Origin: a candidate division FCPU426 bacterium
Lineage (GTDB): Bacteria > Oederibacteriota > Muellerivitia > Muellerivitales > Muellerivitaceae
Length of the DNA: 64,000 nt
Direction: 5' to 3'
NCBI GenBank assembly: GCA_963847625.1
Contig: CAWKAR010000025.1
Location: 64,001 to 128,000, forward strand
The position numbers were made by a program, and so were the translations under genes. Of this stretch, positions 1 through 9,653 are shown piece by piece (within the stretch, counting starts at the first letter, position 1; every line of letters starts with the position of its first letter). Below the pieces are notes generated by a model. It was not told where the DNA came from. It saw nothing but the letters and a program-made list of their open reading frames with translations, and did no database searches.

Positions 1-513
1 GGAAACCCGCTCCATGAAAACCCCCGTAGCCATTTCCTCGTATTCCTTTGGGTTCTTCAACTCGTTCTTGGCGGAACTCAGGAAGGAATGCACGGCGTAG
101 GGGTGGATTTGTTTCTCGTCCCATTTTAAGTCCCAGAGGCATTCCTTGATGAGCGCCTTCTGGTCCGAGTCGTCGTAGATGGTGAACCCGGGCTTGTACC
201 CCAGCTTGTCCGCGTGGAGCTTCAGGATCTGCAGGCAAAGGCGGTGGAAGGTCCCGATGAAAAGCTCCCAGACCTTCTGGTTCCCCACCATGCCGGCCAC
301 CCGGTCCCTCATTTCCTGGGCCGCCTTGTTGGTGAAGGTGACCGCCAGGATCCTAAAAGGCGAAACCCTCAGTTCGTCCATCAGCCTAATGACGCGGTAG
401 GTGACGACGCGGGTCTTTCCGGAGCCGGCGCCTGCCAGGATGAGGGCGGGACCGGCGTTATGGCTGACCGCCTCCTGCTGTTCCTCGTTGAGTTCCTTGA
501 AATACCGCTTCAA
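1..513 (-). CDS. pcrA: UvrD/PcrA superfamily 1 DNA helicase, N-terminal part (runs off the window)
   Basis: Manual translation from TTG at 513: MKRYFKELNEEQQEAV...LILAGAGSGKTRVVTYR...ILAVTFTNKAAQEMRDR...IGTFHRLC...GFTIYDDSDQ, which are the UvrD/PcrA motifs. Absent from the ORF track because no stop lies in the window. Confidence 0.92.
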   Translation of the reverse strand, partial: MKRYFKELNEEQQEAVSHNAGPALILAGAGSGKTRVVTYRVIRLMDELRVSPFRILAVTFTNKAAQEMRDRVAGMVGNQKVWELFIGTFHRLCLQILKLHADKLGYKPGFTIYDDSDQKALIKECLWDLKWDEKQIHPYAVHSFLSSAKNELKNPKEYEEMATGVFMERVS

Positions 514-657
514 AACGGATCCTTTATGAATGCTTCGATGATAGGCCCAGCGGGGATTCCACCCGCAAGGAGGCAAGGTACCACAATTCACTGTCGTGAA
601 AGAAACTAAGAAAAAGGAAATATCATCGTTAAGTAAGGCGAATAAAATTCCGGAAAT

Positions 658-691
658 AAAAAAATCCCACGGGGAATGGCGCCGCGGGATT
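658..691 (-). terminator. Rho-independent terminator downstream of the PilZ gene
   Basis: Stem aatcccacgg/ccgcgggatt followed by a T run on the minus strand. Confidence 0.65.
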
Positions 692-721
692 TGGATTTTC
701 GGATAAAACCGGGGGAGATTG

Positions 722-1084
722 CTATTCTTTCGTTTTATTTTCGACCAAGGCCCGAATGGCCTTGCGGACTTCTTCCTCCAAAACCATGAATTGGAGTCCG
801 CACAAACCCTTGGCCGTCCAGACTAGTTTGCTGTAAACATCCAGGCTCTTTTCTTTGAAACTGAGGGTGAGCTTGACGATGGTAGAAGGTTCGTGGATGG
901 TACCCAACTCTAGTCGGATCCCGCCTTCACTGATATTCAAGGCTTGGATGGTTTGAGGGTTATCGCTGACTTCATAGACATTCCCGGATTTGGACTCAAC
1001 AACATTATGAGCCGTGATTTTCTCGTGAAACTTCACCCTGGGATGTTTTCGTCTTTCCGATTGGCTGGGGTTCAAATTAACCAA
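722..1084 (-). CDS. PilZ domain protein (c-di-GMP receptor)
   Basis: ERRKHPR (RxxxR) and NISEGG (D/NxSxxG) motifs; GGGAG RBS upstream of the TTG. Confidence 0.85.
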   Translation of the reverse strand: MVNLNPSQSERRKHPRVKFHEKITAHNVVESKSGNVYEVSDNPQTIQALNISEGGIRLELGTIHEPSTIVKLTLSFKEKSLDVYSKLVWTAKGLCGLQFMVLEEEVRKAIRALVENKTKE

Positions 1085-1223
1085 GACAAACTCCCTTTAA
1101 ATAAAGCTTAGTTAAACGGTAAAACAGAGTTGAGGATACTGTCAAGTAAAACATCAAAACGTTTTTAAAAACGCAAAATATTGAATTAATTTGACGAGTC
1201 GTTTATTCAAATGTGTCGGAAGA

Positions 1224-3383
1224 TTATTTTTTAAAAATTTCCAGGTAGGCCGCCTGGGGAACCCAAGAAAAAATGAGATTTTTCCCGTTCCAATGGTAGG
1301 GGACCCTCGTTTTCAAGGGCATGCCACTGTTATCCAGAGCCCGGATTTTCAACCGGCTGTCCTGATTGAACCGATAAAGGACGAACTTGGCTTGGAGGGG
1401 TTCCATCAAAACGGGCTCATGCCCCAAGTTGAGGACTTTGGTCTTCGCTTTGTTATAAACCATCCCGGTATTTTCCACCCGGGTCATCCCGGATAAAAGG
1501 ATATGGTCCGATAAGGAAACCCCCTTGGGTGTCAGGGAAATCATGCAGAGGGAGAGATAAGAGTTTGGGGTTTCCAGCGCCCAACTGGCGTTATTGAATT
1601 TACGGTGGCCCAGGAACCCGACCAGGGCCTGGTATCTGGGCGACTCCACCTTCACCACACCCACGTTTCCCTGCCAGGTAATCTGGCCCGTATCCGAAAT
1701 GAAGGTTTTCAACTGGGGTTGGATCTTGGCTTTCAGTCCGCCGGCAGGATCCGTTGCAAGTTTAGAAACATCGGCGTTAACACCGGTGCGGTGGGCCAGA
1801 GCCTTTAAAACCGATGAAAGGTCCGTCACGGGCATGGTCTTGGAATCGGTCAGAACATAGACTTTTCCTTCCTTCAAATCGCCCCGCAAAAAGGCCAATG
1901 ACGCCAGGGACCACTGGGTCCAAAGTTGGGGCTTCGTGATGGGATTCCAATCTGCGGCCATGTTCCCGGAGGAAGCATCCGCCACATCCCCTCCCGCGCA
2001 GGCGTTCCACCCCTGGAAAATGGAATAAGCGGAATGGATCAGGGACGAGCCGGAGAGATATTCATTGGGCCAAGAAAAATTCCAAAGGGCTCCATAGGGT
2101 TTTCCAAACTGTCTTTGACGGACCAACTCAAGGATTTGACTTACCTCGGGTTTCGTCACCATCGGGGAATTATCCATCCGGATCGCCGATCCCTCCGAAG
2201 TGGATATTGACTTACTCATTCCTTTTCCAATAACCATCAAACTCTCGGGAACCAGGGCCGGATCGGAAATTGGATTTCCGTTAGCGGGTGAGGGTTCAGC
2301 TGCAACCGGTGACACTCGGTGTAACGTGAGATATATTCCTTTTGATTTAAATATGCCTAATAAGGTATTTAAGGCACTACTTTCAATCGGGGTGGGAGTG
2401 GCAGGCCAATCCAAGATCACCCAATTACAGCCGGCTGCCGCCAGCCGAATAGCCAATCCGGAAAGTTGAGCCTCGTTCAGCGAACTCCAGGAGGATGCCA
2501 ATCCTACTCCCCAAAACCTCGCCGGAGTGCCATCGGCGAAAACCAGTTCCCCGCCTTGCGCTTGAACGGCTCCATGCTTTCCAGCCGGGGCGTCCAAGAG
2601 GAAACTCATGTCGAGGGCGGAACCGGCGGGAAGTTCCGTGGCGGGAGACAAAGCGATCCAGCCATCCGTATCGGTTTGAAAGGTTTTTTCGGGTTTCGGC
2701 GAATCCGGGGATACTGGGGCGATCTCATCCGAAGCCGTGATAGCCAACAGAATCGGCACCGGCATCCTCGAAAGGGACTTGAATAGGATGGATTGGATGG
2801 GGACATCCGGCCGAGGGTTCATCCAGGGGAAAAGATTCACGCCCATTTCGGCATTTCGGTACTTGTGCCACCATGCCAGGAAGCTTTTGGGGGTGTCGTC
2901 GGCTCCCCAAAAATTCGTCAATTCCATTCCCACCCTCATCGGTATAGTCACGGACAGGCCATCCTGGTAAAGAATGTCATACTCCGCCGCCACCACATCC
3001 GAAGCCGTCCCGCCCCACCGGCAAGTTTGGAGGAAAAACAGTTCTTTGGCCTTGAGGTTGCCAGCCGGGAGGAGGACTCCCTCGGGAAAGGATGGTTTTT
3101 TCCGTCCCTTCAGTACCACGAAGGAACGGCCATTGTTCTTGGCGGGGTCGAGGATTTCAAAGGGGATGCCCCGGAAGGTTTGGGGACCCGCCGGCAAGTC
3201 CTTCAAGGCGTTCTTTTCAGCGGTGGTCGGAAAGCCCGGGACAGCCTCGTCAAAGGATTCGTCCGGTCCCATGTTGGCGTTTTTGGAGAGGTCCAAAAAA
3301 CGAAAACCGGCTTCCAGGGGCCCTGCCGCCGCCCAGGACCAAAACAAAGCCAGCAAGACTTTGAATAACGGCGCTCGGGTCAT
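1224..3383 (-). CDS. Secreted glycoside-hydrolase-like (clan GH-A/GH5-like) protein, probably with a degenerate catalytic domain
   Basis: Signal peptide; N-terminal beta-sandwich (LDLSKNANMG...GIPFEI); LLDAPAGKHG...FADGTPARFWGV and SDTGQITW motifs typical of large secreted GH5-like proteins. Confidence 0.55.
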   Translation of the reverse strand: MTRAPLFKVLLALFWSWAAAGPLEAGFRFLDLSKNANMGPDESFDEAVPGFPTTAEKNALKDLPAGPQTFRGIPFEILDPAKNNGRSFVVLKGRKKPSFPEGVLLPAGNLKAKELFFLQTCRWGGTASDVVAAEYDILYQDGLSVTIPMRVGMELTNFWGADDTPKSFLAWWHKYRNAEMGVNLFPWMNPRPDVPIQSILFKSLSRMPVPILLAITASDEIAPVSPDSPKPEKTFQTDTDGWIALSPATELPAGSALDMSFLLDAPAGKHGAVQAQGGELVFADGTPARFWGVGLASSWSSLNEAQLSGLAIRLAAAGCNWVILDWPATPTPIESSALNTLLGIFKSKGIYLTLHRVSPVAAEPSPANGNPISDPALVPESLMVIGKGMSKSISTSEGSAIRMDNSPMVTKPEVSQILELVRQRQFGKPYGALWNFSWPNEYLSGSSLIHSAYSIFQGWNACAGGDVADASSGNMAADWNPITKPQLWTQWSLASLAFLRGDLKEGKVYVLTDSKTMPVTDLSSVLKALAHRTGVNADVSKLATDPAGGLKAKIQPQLKTFISDTGQITWQGNVGVVKVESPRYQALVGFLGHRKFNNASWALETPNSYLSLCMISLTPKGVSLSDHILLSGMTRVENTGMVYNKAKTKVLNLGHEPVLMEPLQAKFVLYRFNQDSRLKIRALDNSGMPLKTRVPYHWNGKNLIFSWVPQAAYLEIFKK

Positions 3384-3387
3384 AGGG

Positions 3388-4110
3388 CTAGAATTGTTTT
3401 TTAAAACGGTAGAATTCGGTCACGACCTTTACGGCTTCTTTGGGCGTTTCCACCAAGTGGAAAATTTCAAGGTCTTCCGGGTTAATGAATTTTTTCTTCT
3501 GCAGAACGACATCCTTGATCCACTGGATGGCGCCCCCCCAAAATTCCCGGCCCACCAGGATGATCGGGAAGGGGTCGATTTTATGGGTCTGGACCAGCGT
3601 CAGGGTCTCGAAGAGCTCGTCCATGGTTCCGAACCCGCCGGGCAACACCACCACCGCCGAGGTGTAGCGCAGGAACATGACCTTACGGATAAAGAAATAA
3701 TGGAAGTTGATGGGCAGGTTGACGTAGGGATTGGCTTTCTGCTCGAAGGGCAATTCGATGTTGCACCCCACCGATTTGCCCCCCGCCTCAAGGGCGCCAC
3801 GGTTGGCGGCTTCCATGATTCCCGGCCCCCCCCCGGTGATGACGGTGAAACCCTTCTTGGAAAGCCCGCCGGAGATTTCCCGGGCGAGTTCGTACTCCCG
3901 GGATCCCCGCGTGGCCCGGGCCGAGCCGAATACCGTGATGGCGGGCCGGACTCCCCGCAGGTTCTCGAATCCCTCGAAAAATTCCGACATGATCCTGAAC
4001 ATCCGCCAAGCGTCCTGCTCCTTGAATTCGTTGGCAATTTGAGGATTCTCCCCTGCGGGGTAAATTCTTTGGATAACCTTAGGGGGTTTTTTTGCGATCT
4101 TCTTCGGCAT
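3388..4110 (-). CDS. LOG family (TIGR00730-type) nucleotide monophosphate nucleosidase
   Basis: VFGSAR, ITGGGPGIMEAANRG, YFFIRK and PGGFGTMDE motifs. Confidence 0.92.
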   Translation of the reverse strand: MPKKIAKKPPKVIQRIYPAGENPQIANEFKEQDAWRMFRIMSEFFEGFENLRGVRPAITVFGSARATRGSREYELAREISGGLSKKGFTVITGGGPGIMEAANRGALEAGGKSVGCNIELPFEQKANPYVNLPINFHYFFIRKVMFLRYTSAVVVLPGGFGTMDELFETLTLVQTHKIDPFPIILVGREFWGGAIQWIKDVVLQKKKFINPEDLEIFHLVETPKEAVKVVTEFYRFKKQF

Positions 4111-4132
4111 GGTTCAACCTCCCAATATGGAC

Positions 4133-4570
4133 TTAATGGATTACGGCTTCCGGCCGGTCCATGCAGGCGTCCTGGATTCTTCCGGCATGGTCGGTGATCA
4201 TCTTAGGCAGGCTTCTTACGTTGAAATAGCGTATCTCGCTGGTCTCTTCGCTGGGGATGATTTTACCCCCCGTCACCCTGCAAAGAAATGAGATCCGAAC
4301 CGTGTGCCATTCAAGGCCTTGATGGATATGGAGCGAATTCCGGGTATCGGAGTAGACCCCCACGAGTCTCACCACTTCAGCTTCTAAACCGGTCTCCTCC
4401 CGCAGTTCCCTCAAGCAGGCCTCAGACAAGGTTTCCCCAAGGTCCACATGCCCACCTGGGATACACCAAAGCCCATTATCCGTTCTTTTGGCCAAAAGCA
4501 CTTCGTTTTTCTCGTTGAACACCAGGGCGTTCACCGCGATTTTGGGCGTGGTGAGGGATTGATGGGCCAT
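4133..4570 (-). CDS. NUDIX hydrolase
   Basis: Nudix box GGHVDLGETLSEACLRELREETG. Confidence 0.92.
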   Translation of the reverse strand: MAHQSLTTPKIAVNALVFNEKNEVLLAKRTDNGLWCIPGGHVDLGETLSEACLRELREETGLEAEVVRLVGVYSDTRNSLHIHQGLEWHTVRISFLCRVTGGKIIPSEETSEIRYFNVRSLPKMITDHAGRIQDACMDRPEAVIH

Positions 4571-4628
4571 CCGCGGCTCCGGATTTCGGGGTTATTGAGC
4601 ACCAACCGTTGATAAAGGTCCTTAAAAT

Positions 4629-4659
4629 AAAAAATCCCGCGTCTTATCAGACGCGGGAT
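4629..4659 (-). terminator. Rho-independent terminator after rplM-rpsI
   Basis: Perfect 10-bp stem atcccgcgtc/gacgcgggat followed by a T run on the minus strand. Confidence 0.8.
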
Positions 4660-4745
4660 AGTAAGTCAGTTCGATTCGGCCCCGATGGATAACCTCCGGC
4701 AAAGGGACCTGCTCCCGGCCGGCGGACAAGCCGGCCCAGGGAAAA

Positions 4746-5141
4746 TCAACGTTTCGAGAACTGGAAGCGTTTACGGGCCTTTTTCCGGCCGTACTTTTTC
4801 CGCTCCACCATGCGCGAGTCCCGGGTCAGGAAACCGGCCGCCTTCAGGGGATGACGCATCTCGGGATCCACTTTCACCAGGGCCCTGGCGATGCTGTGCC
4901 TGAGCGCCTCGGCCTGGCCGGTGACGCCCCCGCCATGGATATTAGCGGTGATATCGTATTTGTTCAACGCCGACACGACTTCCAACGGGGCCTTGGCTAT
5001 TACAATTTTCATTTCAGGAAAAAATTTCTCCAAAGGCTTCCCGTTCACCACAAACTGCCCTTTTCCCGGCCGGAGAATCACTCTCGAAACGGAAGTTTTC
5101 CGGCGGCCGGTGGCGGCGAATTGTTCTTTCGTTCCGGGCAT
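4746..5141 (-). CDS. rpsI: 30S ribosomal protein S9
   Basis: [18 protein letters not shown] and [27 protein letters not shown] motifs. Confidence 0.99.
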   Translation of the reverse strand: MPGTKEQFAATGRRKTSVSRVILRPGKGQFVVNGKPLEKFFPEMKIVIAKAPLEVVSALNKYDITANIHGGGVTGQAEALRHSIARALVKVDPEMRHPLKAAGFLTRDSRMVERKKYGRKKARKRFQFSKR

Positions 5142-5599
5142 TATTCCCCTCCCCGTTTGGCGTTATAAACCAGCTCCAAGGGTTGGGGCCGCTGGGCGGC
5201 ATGTTTATGGGTTTCCCCTTTATAGATATTCACTCGGCTGAACATCTTTTCCCCCTGGGATGTCTTGGGAAGCATTCCGCGGATGGCATACTCCAATATG
5301 CGCTCAGGTTTTGAGTGGCGGAGGAATTTATATGGTTCGGTGGAAAGCCCCCCCGGACGTCCGGAGGTGCGGTGATGGGCCTTGGTTTCCCACTTTTTAC
5401 CGGTTAACACAATTTTTTCGGCGTTGATGATGACCACATGATCCCCGTTTTCCACGTGGGGAGTGAAAGTGGGCTTGTGCTTGCCCCTCAGGATGGCTGC
5501 GACCTGGGATGTCAAACGGCCCAGGACTTGGTCCTTGGCGTCCACAAGCCACCACTTGCGTTGGATGTCCTTGGTTGTCGGCAAATAAGTCTTTTGCAT
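5141..5599 (-). CDS. rplM: 50S ribosomal protein L13 (start ATG 5599; TTG 5611 is an alternative)
   Basis: WWLVDA...LGRL...[17 protein letters not shown]...IRGMLPK; adjacent to rpsI. Confidence 0.98.
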   Translation of the reverse strand: MQKTYLPTTKDIQRKWWLVDAKDQVLGRLTSQVAAILRGKHKPTFTPHVENGDHVVIINAEKIVLTGKKWETKAHHRTSGRPGGLSTEPYKFLRHSKPERILEYAIRGMLPKTSQGEKMFSRVNIYKGETHKHAAQRPQPLELVYNAKRGGE

Positions 5600-5665
5600 G
5601 AATAGGGCCAAATCCTTTTATAAGCGCCCCTATCAAAATAGGGGCTTTTCTCAACAAGGGGTTGA

Positions 5666-5693
5666 ATTATAAGGTTTTTCAAAGACGTGTCAA
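5666..5693 (-). promoter_or_regulatory. Consensus sigma70 promoter of rplM-rpsI
   Basis: TTGACA (5693-5688), 16-nt spacer, TATAAT (5671-5666) on the minus strand. Confidence 0.85.
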
Positions 5694-5747
5694 GAACTCT
5701 AAAAGTCAGGAAATGCCAGGTGTTATTCCATTTTGCCTAAAGGATTT

Positions 5748-7007
5748 TTAGGCCATCCGAAGTTTTAAATTCCCATGGATCATCGCGAAAGATACGGTTC
5801 CCCTGTAATTAATTACTTTATTGAGCATATCCAATCCCTCCTTTGATTTCCCCGGCACGGGGATACCGATAAGGTCCGCAAAAAAACCTGGCCTGATTTG
5901 CCCCAATTGCAGGCCCCAACCGAGGGCCCGGGCCGGTTTGACCGTAGCCATGGACAGGATCTCCTGGGCGGAAACACTCGGGTGCTCCTCCTGAAACAAC
6001 CTCATCTCCCTGAACAAGGAAAGGGATTGGTTGCTGGCTAGGCTGTCGGTTCCCAAGCAAACGGGGATATGGTGCCGCCTCATCTGCTTATAACGAAAAG
6101 GCGGATGCCTGAAAAAAAGGTGGCTTCCAGGGCAATAAACCACTGACACCCGGTTCTTGGATAGAAGCTTTAAATCCTTGTCATCCACCACGTTCAAGTG
6201 CACCCCCAAATCCAATTTAGGCAACCAGCCTAAAACATTCAAATATCGGACCGGCGTGGTCCCGCAGGGTATTTCCCATCCGGGGTTTAAAAATCGAACT
6301 CTCTCGGCAATAGGGCCTTTCCCACTTTTGAAATAAGCCGCCTCTTCCCGGCTTTCGGATAAATGGAGGGTGGTCGGAATATTCCCATGTTGATTCAAGT
6401 AACGACCGGTCCATTGGAACAATTCCTTGGAAACGGTAAAAGGGGTATGGGGACTCAAACCCCAACGAAAGTTTGAAAGGGTTTGGATCGTTGGGTGGCA
6501 TTCCCGCAGGCGCTCAAGGAATTGTCGCCAATATTTCCAGGGGGAGGATAAACCTAAATCCATTAGTTCCAAAAAGACGAAGGAACGAAGACCCGATTCC
6601 TGTAACAGGCTCCAGCTTTCCCCGCTTGTTGAAATATCGCAGAGGGTGGTAGTGCCGTAAGCCAAACTTTCCCGAATACCCTTTTCCACAGATTTCCGGA
6701 ACTCAATGGAGGAAGTTTCCTCGGCCTTGGCCCCCATTCTCCTGAGCCAATCCCGAAACCTGCCACGATAAGGGACCTTCCCCTTAAAAAGGGTGTAATC
6801 CAAGTGGCAATGTGCGTTTATTAATCCGGGTAAAAGGATGGTGTCGCCCAGGTCGAGCAGGCGGACCGACCGGAGGGAAAAAAGTTGCTTGCGTTTTCCC
6901 ACTTGAAGAATACGGTGGCCCTGGATTAACACGAACCCATCTTCGATGGGCTGTGGGCGGTCCAGGGTAAGAATATACTTGGCGAAGAGGATCAAGCGCT
7001 GGTTCAC
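5748..7007 (-). CDS. Metal-dependent amidohydrolase/deaminase (candidate aminodeoxyfutalosine deaminase)
   Basis: PGLINAHCHLD, HLSES and GTDSLASN amidohydrolase motifs; substrate inferred only. Confidence 0.8.
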   Translation of the reverse strand: MNQRLILFAKYILTLDRPQPIEDGFVLIQGHRILQVGKRKQLFSLRSVRLLDLGDTILLPGLINAHCHLDYTLFKGKVPYRGRFRDWLRRMGAKAEETSSIEFRKSVEKGIRESLAYGTTTLCDISTSGESWSLLQESGLRSFVFLELMDLGLSSPWKYWRQFLERLRECHPTIQTLSNFRWGLSPHTPFTVSKELFQWTGRYLNQHGNIPTTLHLSESREEAAYFKSGKGPIAERVRFLNPGWEIPCGTTPVRYLNVLGWLPKLDLGVHLNVVDDKDLKLLSKNRVSVVYCPGSHLFFRHPPFRYKQMRRHHIPVCLGTDSLASNQSLSLFREMRLFQEEHPSVSAQEILSMATVKPARALGWGLQLGQIRPGFFADLIGIPVPGKSKEGLDMLNKVINYRGTVSFAMIHGNLKLRMA

Positions 7008-7162
7008 GTCTCTAGATTAGCAGGCCCCCCCTTAATACAAAAGAACCGCTTTAATGAGCTTTGAAACCCGTTCGTTTGGATAAAAATATACCTGGCAGGT
7101 TTGGCTGCCCCTGGAACAAGTTTGCCCCCCCAGACAGCACCGAATAAAGTACAATTCCGCAC

Positions 7163-8467
7163 ATGCTTGATAACTCATTTTCAAGGAAACTCTTCCACTT
7201 AACCAGCGTCTTGACTACCTGGTTTCCCCGCGGCGGAGCCTGGTTATTCGACCACACGTTCATCCCCCTGATCGGCAATAAACCTCTGGTCCGATTTATC
7301 TTTAATCGAAACCTACAAACCGTCCGGAAGGTCAAGGATTTCAAAAAAATCCTGGTTGTATCCGACATCCATATCGGCGATGCCATCCTGGCATCCGGGG
7401 GTGTGTCGGCATTCAGGAACTTTTTTCCTAACGCCCAAATCGACTACGTGGTTAAAAAATCCGTGGCCTGCTTTTTCGAGGGCCACCCTGACATGACTAA
7501 CCTCTATCCCATTTTCACCGGCGGTCAATACCCCAATGAGACTGACCTGGAATCAGTCCGGAAACTCACTTCGGAAAACCGGTACGACATCTGTATGAAC
7601 TGCTGTCCGTTCCTCTCGGACAAGCATATTTTCCCAAAAGGACAAAAGGTGCTGAATATGATAACGGCCGCCCCGGACATCCTTCGGAATCTGCGGGGCC
7701 ATACCGGTTCCTGCCATTTCATGTACCAGTCCTATGGCCTCCCTTTTGGAGTGCTTTCTAAAATTTCGGAAATCAAAAACCCTGATTCTTACAAGGGTGC
7801 CGCGATCATGCTTTCGAACGAAGCCGCTACGGAGGCCAAGTCTTTTCTGGAAGAAAACAAAGTCCCCCGGAATTCTCCCCTTTTCTTCCTCAACCCGGAC
7901 GCGGCCTCTCCTTATAACCGGATCCCCTTTGAAAACCAGGTGGAACTTTTGAAGGGATTATTAGCGATGAAGGGGCATGTGATACTGGGGTCTGGTTTCA
8001 CGGCGAGAGAAATTGAAAAACAGTTGCTGGAAAGACTTGGGGATGTCGAGAAAACCGGGGTGACGGTTGTTCCCACTTCCATGTCATTGGATGGTTATGC
8101 GGCCTTGATCGACTCGGCGGACTTGTTCATTTCAGCCGACACAGGTCCCCTGCACATCGCCGCGGCCAGGAAAAAATCCCGTTCGGGGAATATGCAGTTT
8201 CGAAACCGTACCTTTGTGGTCGCGGTTTTCGGCGCCACCAACGCACGGATGTCGGGGTATGACTCCACCAACCCCCTGTACCCGGCCGCCAACCAGGACG
8301 CGCCATCCCGGACCTACGTATCGGAAAGTCCATGCCGTAACATCACCTGCATGAATAAAATGGCAAAAACTTGTGAAAAGGTGAGGTGTTTTGAGCCGCT
8401 GGACACGGGGAAAATCCTAGAAGATATCCATCATTACTTGGGACGTCATGAAACCAGCAATAAATAA
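7163..8467 (+). CDS. Glycosyltransferase family 9 (heptosyltransferase-like)
   Basis: KILVVSDIHIGDAIL, ISADTGPLHIAAA and VAVFGAT motifs. Confidence 0.88.
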   Translation: MLDNSFSRKLFHLTSVLTTWFPRGGAWLFDHTFIPLIGNKPLVRFIFNRNLQTVRKVKDFKKILVVSDIHIGDAILASGGVSAFRNFFPNAQIDYVVKKSVACFFEGHPDMTNLYPIFTGGQYPNETDLESVRKLTSENRYDICMNCCPFLSDKHIFPKGQKVLNMITAAPDILRNLRGHTGSCHFMYQSYGLPFGVLSKISEIKNPDSYKGAAIMLSNEAATEAKSFLEENKVPRNSPLFFLNPDAASPYNRIPFENQVELLKGLLAMKGHVILGSGFTAREIEKQLLERLGDVEKTGVTVVPTSMSLDGYAALIDSADLFISADTGPLHIAAARKKSRSGNMQFRNRTFVVAVFGATNARMSGYDSTNPLYPAANQDAPSRTYVSESPCRNITCMNKMAKTCEKVRCFEPLDTGKILEDIHHYLGRHETSNK

Positions 8468-8503
8468 AATTTTAGTGACTCATATCGCACCGGATAAGTT
8501 CAA

Positions 8504-9403
8504 TCATCTCGTCACGTATTTCTCCATCTTCTCGAACTTGTCAAACGGCTTTCGATCCATGGAAATACGTCCCCGGTTCTTCAAAACCTTCAATTCCTCA
8601 TGGGTGGGTTGGACAAGATAAGTCGAGGGCGTGAAGTAATCGAAGGTAATGCCTTTCTTTTTCATCTTACGAATGTTGGATTCCATGAGCTTCAGGGAAA
8701 CCGGCCTCATGGAGGCAATCCGGTAGGTCCAACCCATGCCGAAACAGGGCATGTCCACCCTGGCGGTCAAGATATATGGAAAAACGGAATGAAAGGTTTT
8801 ATAAATCGTGGCGAAAGATTCTGGAAAAAGATAGTAATTGTCCGTGTGGATCCCGATGAGCCCTTTAGGCTTCAACCTGCTTTTACAAAGCCTGTAAAAC
8901 TCCCGGGTATAGAGCCTTTTGGAGGGCCCATGGGGTTCGGTTAAGTCGATAATTAAAACATCAAATGTTTCTGAATTGTTTTCCAACCTTTTCCGGGCGT
9001 CTCCATATAAAATTTCCACGCGCGGGTCCCTCAGGCATTTTCGGATCTCCGGGTAATTTTTCCGGCAGAAATCAACTACCCCCTTGTCGATCTCTAACAT
9101 CAGGATTCGTTTCAAGCTCTTGAACTTGACGGCTTCCTCAATGGCAAAGCAATCCCCGCCCCCCACGATACAGATACTTTTGGGATTCCGGTGGGCTAAG
9201 AGGGGGGCCGAGACTAAATATTGGTGATACCGATTCTCGTCTCCCTGGCTGACTTGGATTTTCCCATCCAAAAAAAGAAGGGTCCCATAGGTCTGGTTCC
9301 TGTAAATTTCCATGGTTTGGAAGGGGGTCTTTCCCCGATAAAGGGACTTGCCCTTGTAAACATGTCCAAAGGTGTTGGTGGCCCACTCGGTCTTAACTGG
9401 CAT
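8504..9403 (-). CDS. speE: Polyamine aminopropyltransferase (spermidine synthase)
   Basis: KTPFQ, LFLDGKIQ...DENRYHQ, IVGGGD, LEID and FDVLIIDLTEP motifs. Confidence 0.9.
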   Translation of the reverse strand: MPVKTEWATNTFGHVYKGKSLYRGKTPFQTMEIYRNQTYGTLLFLDGKIQVSQGDENRYHQYLVSAPLLAHRNPKSICIVGGGDCFAIEEAVKFKSLKRILMLEIDKGVVDFCRKNYPEIRKCLRDPRVEILYGDARKRLENNSETFDVLIIDLTEPHGPSKRLYTREFYRLCKSRLKPKGLIGIHTDNYYLFPESFATIYKTFHSVFPYILTARVDMPCFGMGWTYRIASMRPVSLKLMESNIRKMKKKGITFDYFTPSTYLVQPTHEELKVLKNRGRISMDRKPFDKFEKMEKYVTR

Positions 9404-9653
9404 CCATCTCTCCTTGAAAAGAATGAGGAATTATAGAATCCTGCCGTTTAAATCCCATTATAAATTTAGAAAAAGGCGGAAACAGGGGGTAAAAGGGGAA
9501 AAATAACACACTTTTGGGAAGAAGAACCCTTGTCCTACAACTTTCATAAGTGTGGCCGGTCGCCAATGCCGCTGAGGCCGCCGTCAGAAGAGCGGGTCAT
9601 GAATGATGCGGCACTCACGAAACATGCTTCTATTTAATTCGGGCAAAAGTGGT

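Noticed and set aside
179..609. Plus-strand ORFs at the window start
   Set aside because: Antisense shadows of the minus-strand helicase gene.
2974..4197. 407-aa plus-strand ORF, and similar long ORFs at 26794, 30815, 32269, 34984 and 46240
   Set aside because: Antisense to well-supported genes, with no recognisable motifs; expected in GC-rich coding DNA.
4660..4745. tRNA or tmRNA after rpsI
   Set aside because: A GC hairpin is present, but no cloverleaf, T-loop or CCA end.
9541..9620. GC-rich possible structured RNA upstream of speE
   Set aside because: Only short complementary segments (tgccgc/gcggca); no recognisable riboswitch motif.
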